This document shows positions 59,272-64,000 of a DNA stretch of 64,000 bases, in pieces. This DNA is from a bacterium (GTDB lineage Bacteria > UBA8248), in the NCBI GenBank assembly GCA_965221165.1, contig CBDCRP010000003.1, positions 992,001 through 1,056,000 on the forward strand, in the 5' to 3' direction. The number at the start of each line of letters is the position of its first letter. Within the stretch, counting starts at the first letter, position 1. The position numbers were made by a program, and so were the translations under genes. The notes under the pieces were generated by a model that was given only the letters and a program-made list of their open reading frames with translations, searched no databases and was not told the origin of the DNA.

Positions 59272-59739
59272 TTACTCTCTCTTGTTACTTGGCGATGAGA
59301 TAGAAACGTCTCCAGTCACGCTATCGAGTTCCCAAAACTCCACGTCAAGTGGAATCATGTGGAATTGCGTACGCATGAAATAGGACAACAGTGTTTCGCC
59401 TGTAGTTTCTCTTACGCTCCGCTCAACAAGGAAAATCTTCCGATAAGTCACGGGGGCCATGTGAAAATAGAACATGGCTTCAGCCCAGTTTTTCATCTTT
59501 GCACTCGGAACCTTGTTTCCCGCAGTCCAAGTTTGTGATTTACATTCTACGATGACTTTCGGACACTCTGCTCCCAAATCGAATGCGTGCTCCTTCTTTA
59601 ATGACCCGATCCCCACCGCCACCTTGTGGTTGGGATCAAGATCGAGGCCATGCTTAGTCAGTACCGTTTTGGCCCGCTCCTCAAATTCGCGTCCAACATG
59701 CGCATTACTGACCGCGCCCTCACGTTGAAAATTGGCCAT
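59272..59739 (-). CDS. Hypothetical PD-(D/E)xK-like protein
   Basis: GREFE...HAFDLG...IVECKS; lower GC. Confidence 0.6.
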   Translation of the reverse strand: MANFQREGAVSNAHVGREFEERAKTVLTKHGLDLDPNHKVAVGIGSLKKEHAFDLGAECPKVIVECKSQTWTAGNKVPSAKMKNWAEAMFYFHMAPVTYRKIFLVERSVRETTGETLLSYFMRTQFHMIPLDVEFWELDSVTGDVSISSPSNKRE

Positions 59740-59868
59740 ATCTTCCCTCTCGTTTTTCGTGTGTTTCGATGCTCAAACTGGTGGCTTTCACGCTGGAGAA
59801 CTTAAACAGTGGCTATATGTTTGTGAAGCGAATTTTGTGAAAACCCTCCCTCATCGGTCGGGTTTGAC

Positions 59869-60999
59869 CTACCAGACGCAGCCGCGCGCCGCTACGGGGA
59901 TCACCGCTTCCAGGACGCCCTCCTCCATTCCGCCGCGAACGCCGTGGTAGACGTCGTAGAGGTTGATGGTCGGGTCGCAATGGCTGGGCTGGAACAGGAG
60001 GGTCTCGCCGATTTCAGGACGCCTCGAAGCCGGGGAGAGTTCCACCACGCCGTGCTCATCGGACGCCCGCGCATGCACGGCGCCTTCGAGTTCGAGACAA
60101 GGGGCCAGCCCGCTGTCCGAGGCGAGCGCCTTGTGGCCGGCGTCCATCACCACGCGCCCGGGCCCGGGCGCGCTCACCACGGTCGTCAGCACGAAAAGGC
60201 TGGGTCTGAAGTCGTCATAAGTGTCGGAACCCTCGCCGCCGATGCTGCGGTAGTGGGAATCCATGAAAAGATAGCTGCCCGCCTGAAGCTCGTTCAGCAC
60301 GCCAGATTCCGCGTCCCAGCGCCACGAACCCGTGCCGCCGCCGCTCCTAATCTCCATCGGAAGCCCTACCGCCTCGAACGCACTGATGGTCTCGCGCATC
60401 AACGCGATGGCCCCGGCGTAGACCTCGCGCCGCTCTTTGAATCCATCCACGTGCTGGGCTCTGCCCTGGTAGGCCTGAATCCCCTTGAGTTCGAGTCCCC
60501 TCGCCCCCTCTACGCGCCGGGCCAGCTCCACCGCAGCAACGCCCGGCGCCACGCCGCAGCGCCCCTGGCCCACGTCCACGTCGACGAGCACGCCGATTTC
60601 CGCCCCCGCCGCCGTCACGGCTTCCGAGAGCATCGCCACCCCCTGGGGGTGATCCACCACTACCATCAGCCGCGCATGGCGCGCGAGCGCTGCCAGGCGC
60701 TTGAGCTTGGAGACGGCCGTGACCTCGCTGCTCACGAGCACGTCCTCCACACCGCCCTCCACCATCACCTCGGCCTCGCTCACTTTCTGGCAGCACACGC
60801 CCACGGCGCCGAGAACCATCTGCTTACTCGCGAGCCAGGGACTCTTGTGCGTCTTGGCGTGGGCGCGGAGCCCCACGCCCGTCCCCTCCAGGCGCTTCGC
60901 CATCAACGCGAGGTTCTCCTCCATGACGTCCAGGTCGACTATCAGAGCGGGCGTTTCGATTTCGCGCACCGGCGTTCCGATGCTCTGGCTGTGGGGCAT
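59869..60999 (-). CDS. DSD1-family PLP enzyme (D-threonine aldolase/D-serine dehydratase-like)
   Basis: TPALIVDLD, RAHAKTHKS, GRCGV, SGGGTGS, ELQAGSY, SDEHG, HCDPTINL. Confidence 0.92.
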   Translation of the reverse strand: MPHSQSIGTPVREIETPALIVDLDVMEENLALMAKRLEGTGVGLRAHAKTHKSPWLASKQMVLGAVGVCCQKVSEAEVMVEGGVEDVLVSSEVTAVSKLKRLAALARHARLMVVVDHPQGVAMLSEAVTAAGAEIGVLVDVDVGQGRCGVAPGVAAVELARRVEGARGLELKGIQAYQGRAQHVDGFKERREVYAGAIALMRETISAFEAVGLPMEIRSGGGTGSWRWDAESGVLNELQAGSYLFMDSHYRSIGGEGSDTYDDFRPSLFVLTTVVSAPGPGRVVMDAGHKALASDSGLAPCLELEGAVHARASDEHGVVELSPASRRPEIGETLLFQPSHCDPTINLYDVYHGVRGGMEEGVLEAVIPVAARGCVW

Positions 61000-61157
61000 G
61001 AGAAATCCTCCTCCAGGGGAAATCTTTTTCACGAAAACAAAGAATATCACCTGAAAGACACGGCGGGAACCGGCTTGCCCGCCATCCTTTCATGACGCAT
61101 GATGCGTTTTTATTTTTCACTCAATTTGTCCTACTCGAATTCGGAGGGTTTTTCTTC

Positions 61158-62048
61158 ATGCGCACGAAGGCGGACGATCTCCTCGAGGGCGCCATCGACG
61201 TTCACGCCCACATCTTCCCCCAGGTATTTTTAGAGGAACCCGGGCGCGTGCTGGATCATGAATGGGCCGAACTCGCGCGCGACGTCGGCATGCGCGGCTT
61301 CGTGATGAAGAGCCACCTGTGGCCCACCATCGCGCAGGCGAGGATCCTGAACGAGGTCTATCCGGGCGTCACCGCCTTCGGCGCCATCACCCTGAACGCC
61401 AACGTGGGCGGGCTCTCGCCCTTCGCGGCGGAAAGCGCGGCGCGCCTGGGCGTGAAGGTCATCTGGATGCCCACCTACTCCGCGGCGAACGACATCAAGG
61501 TGGGGGCCTACAGCAAGCGCATCGCGGAGGCCTATCGGCAGCCGCCGCCCGCGCAGGGCCTGAGCGTTCTGGACGCGAGCGGCGCGGTATGCCCGGAGGC
61601 GGACGCCATACTGGAAATCGCCCGCGACGCGGACGTGACCGTGGCCACCGGCCATTTGTCCGCGGATGAGGGCGTCGCCCTGGCGAGGCGGGCGAAAGAA
61701 ATCGGGGTAAAAAAATTCATCTTCACCCACCCGATCATCTTCATCGTGGACGCGAGCGAGGCGCAACTGCGCGAAGTCGCGGACCTGGGCTACATCGTCG
61801 AGTTCACGTGGATATCGGCTTTTCCGATGTGGCGCGATCTGGACCCCATGAAAGTGGCGGAAACCGCGCGCGCCCTCGGCCCCGAGCGATGCGTGATGAG
61901 CACGGACGCGCAACTCGACCTGAACCCCCCGCCGACGGAAATGCTGCGCATGTTCATCGCCACGATGCTGCGCCTCGGTTTCGAGGAAGAGGAGATACGC
62001 TGGATGGTCCAGCGAAACCCCGCCTGCCTGATGGGTCTCGAAGAATAA
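61158..62048 (+). CDS. Amidohydrolase-fold protein (DUF6282-like)
   Basis: GAIDVHAH, MKSH, WMPT, ATGHLS, FTHP, STD; GGAGG RBS. Confidence 0.82.
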   Translation: MRTKADDLLEGAIDVHAHIFPQVFLEEPGRVLDHEWAELARDVGMRGFVMKSHLWPTIAQARILNEVYPGVTAFGAITLNANVGGLSPFAAESAARLGVKVIWMPTYSAANDIKVGAYSKRIAEAYRQPPPAQGLSVLDASGAVCPEADAILEIARDADVTVATGHLSADEGVALARRAKEIGVKKFIFTHPIIFIVDASEAQLREVADLGYIVEFTWISAFPMWRDLDPMKVAETARALGPERCVMSTDAQLDLNPPPTEMLRMFIATMLRLGFEEEEIRWMVQRNPACLMGLEE

Positions 62049-62145
62049 GAAAAGCGTTCGGACAACAAACCCCCTGCGGGCGCGCGGAGAAAAACGCCGC
62101 GCCCCGGCCAGACTCGTCTCCATTTTTTCCTTGACTAGTCAGGAA

Positions 62146-62166
62146 AATCTTTACAGAATCTTCATA
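62146..62166 (+). promoter_or_regulatory. Putative OmpR-type direct-repeat binding site
   Basis: AATCTTTACA-G-AATCTTCATA (11-bp period) upstream of the regulator. Confidence 0.45.
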
Positions 62167-62228
62167 TTGTATCGCCGCCTTCGTTGATACCATATCAACG
62201 CGTTTTTTAGGCGGAGGAAAACAATACC

Positions 62229-62939
62229 ATGAATGAAAAAGGGTCCATCCTGATTGTGGAGGACGAGAAGAACATCGCATTGCTCATCGAAAAGTCTTTG
62301 AGCCGAGAAGGTTTCCACACCATCATCGCTCATGACGGGCTGCGGGCTCTCGAACTGGCGAGCGAGTTCGAACCGATTTTCGTCGTGCTCGATCTGATGC
62401 TCCCGAACATAGACGGCTGGGAGGTTTGCAAGCGGCTCAGACGCGAGTCCGATGTCCCCATCCTGATGCTCACGGCGAAGGAAGGAGAAGTGGACAGGCT
62501 CTTCGGCTTCTCGCTGGGCGCCGATGATTACGTCGTAAAACCCTTCAGCCCGAGGGAACTCATCGAGCGCGTCAAGGCCATCCTCAGGCGCATGAAACAC
62601 ACGCTCAGGTACAAGAAGACGGAACTCTCTTTCGGCAATCTGCTCATGGAGCCCGAAAAGCACAAACTCACCCGAAACGGCGAACCCATATCGCTCACCC
62701 CCTCGGAATACGTTCTGCTCCTAACGCTCATGAGCGCGCCCGGGCGTGTTTTCACTCGCCATGAACTGCTCACCAGGCTCTACCGAACGTCGGACGCCGT
62801 GGTCGATCGCGTGGTGGACGTCCACATCGGAAAACTTCGGCAAAAAATCGAGTACGACCCCACCAATCCCCACCTCATCCTCACGATGCGCGGCGTGGGA
62901 TATCGTTTTGCAGACAAGGAAACGCAAGGAGACAATTAG
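62229..62939 (+). CDS. OmpR/PhoB-family response regulator
   Basis: IVEDE, LDLMLP, GADDYVVKPF, VDVHIGKLRQKIE, RGVGYRF. Confidence 0.95.
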   Translation: MNEKGSILIVEDEKNIALLIEKSLSREGFHTIIAHDGLRALELASEFEPIFVVLDLMLPNIDGWEVCKRLRRESDVPILMLTAKEGEVDRLFGFSLGADDYVVKPFSPRELIERVKAILRRMKHTLRYKKTELSFGNLLMEPEKHKLTRNGEPISLTPSEYVLLLTLMSAPGRVFTRHELLTRLYRTSDAVVDRVVDVHIGKLRQKIEYDPTNPHLILTMRGVGYRFADKETQGDN

Positions 62940-62940
62940 C

Positions 62941-64000
62941 ATGAAGAGTCGTTTGCTCTGGAAACTTCTGTCCATCAACCTGCCCGTCATCGGGCTGGTC
63001 ATTCTGATCGTCTGGTTGTCGATCGATTTCCTCGCCGCCGATTATTTCTCCGCCTTGATGCGCAAGTACAACATCTCGCCCACGGAAACACACCAGATGT
63101 TCCTGGACGCCGTGCATCGCTACATCATCAATGCGAGCCTGCTCTCCCTGACGCTGGCGGTTATCTTGAGCTTCTTTCTCACCAGAAGAGTGCTGCGCCC
63201 ACTCTACGCGATGGCGGAGGTATCCAGAAAAGTATCGCAAGGCGATTTCACCGCGCGCGCGGACATTGCATCGAATGACGAGGTAGGCAAGTTCGGGTTG
63301 ATGTTCAACCAGATGGCCGACAATCTGGAAAAAACCGAAAACCTCAGAAAAACCATGCTGGCGGATATCGCCCATGAGCTGAGAACCCCGCTCACCACGG
63401 TGCGCGGCTATCTCGAAGGTCTGGCCGACGGCATAATCCCGCCCGCCAAAGAAACGTTCGCCATGCTGAAGGAGGAAATTTTGCGGCTCGTGCGCCTGGC
63501 GCAGGATTTCCAGCAACTCACCCGGGCCGAAGCCGCCAAAGCCTATCTCCGGCGAGAGAAAATCCGGCTGCCGCACCTGGTGAAGCGCGTCATCGAGCTT
63601 CATCGGCATGATTTCGAGGCCAAAGGCATACGAGTGAGCGCGGATCTCGACAGCGGTGTGTCCACGGTGCTGGCGGATAGGGATCAGATTCTCCAGGCTC
63701 TGGGGAACCTCGTTCAGAACGCACGGCAATATACGCCCGAGCAAGGGGAGTTCCGCGTCCGGACGGAGGAGTGCGAGAACGGGGTGAAGCTATTATTTTC
63801 AAATACTTGCAAGAATTTCTCGAAAGAAGACGTCGGCCTCATCTTCGAGAGGTTCTACCGCGCGGAAAAATCGCGCTCTCGCGAAAGCGGGGGCGCGGGC
63901 ATCGGCCTGGCGATAGTGAAAGGTCTCATCGAGGCGCATCGAGGCGAAGTGGGCGCCTCATACGATGGAGACGTCATCAACATCTGGTTCAGCCTTCCCG
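62941..64000 (+). CDS. HAMP sensor histidine kinase (BaeS-like), 3'-partial
   Basis: Read from the sequence: MKSRLLWKLL, two TMs, ADIAHELRTPL, NLVQNA, FERFYR, GAGIGLAIVK. No stop before the window end. Confidence 0.93.
   Translation, partial: MKSRLLWKLLSINLPVIGLVILIVWLSIDFLAADYFSALMRKYNISPTETHQMFLDAVHRYIINASLLSLTLAVILSFFLTRRVLRPLYAMAEVSRKVSQGDFTARADIASNDEVGKFGLMFNQMADNLEKTENLRKTMLADIAHELRTPLTTVRGYLEGLADGIIPPAKETFAMLKEEILRLVRLAQDFQQLTRAEAAKAYLRREKIRLPHLVKRVIELHRHDFEAKGIRVSADLDSGVSTVLADRDQILQALGNLVQNARQYTPEQGEFRVRTEECENGVKLLFSNTCKNFSKEDVGLIFERFYRAEKSRSRESGGAGIGLAIVKGLIEAHRGEVGASYDGDVINIWFSLP

Overview
Bacterial chromosomal DNA, GC-rich apart from a few AT-richer accessory patches. I saw no rRNA, tRNA or CRISPR array. 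It contains metabolic and transport genes (Mrp Na+/H+ antiporter operon mrpA-G, TRAP/TAXI and ABC transporters, GGT, Gfo/Idh/MocA oxidoreductases, a TPP enzyme with a SucCD-like ligase, an OmpR/BaeS-type two-component system). It also has decaying accessory loci (type I secretion PrtD pseudogene, a type IIG/ISP-like R-M gene with an in-frame UGA, an IS remnant, fused toxin-antitoxin remnants), an R-M island extended by a membrane protein and a HEPN-like protein, and many REP-like palindrome mosaics. The best candidates for something new are: (1) a stand-alone NYN/PIN-like RNase gene preceded by a sigma70 promoter and a ~65-nt self-terminating structured RNA with a sarcin-ricin/loop-E-like internal loop, which suggests an RNA-antitoxin (type III-like) or attenuator module; (2) an exported cytochrome cluster whose proteins carry 53 Asn-Pro-Cys repeats, including a SoxA/TsdA-like putative His/Cys heme domain; (3) an AhpD-like CxxU selenoprotein with a clear SECIS that ORF callers split in two; (4) a non-coding element of helically phased 10-bp repeats present twice in inverted orientation. 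All family assignments come from motif recognition by eye, not database searches.
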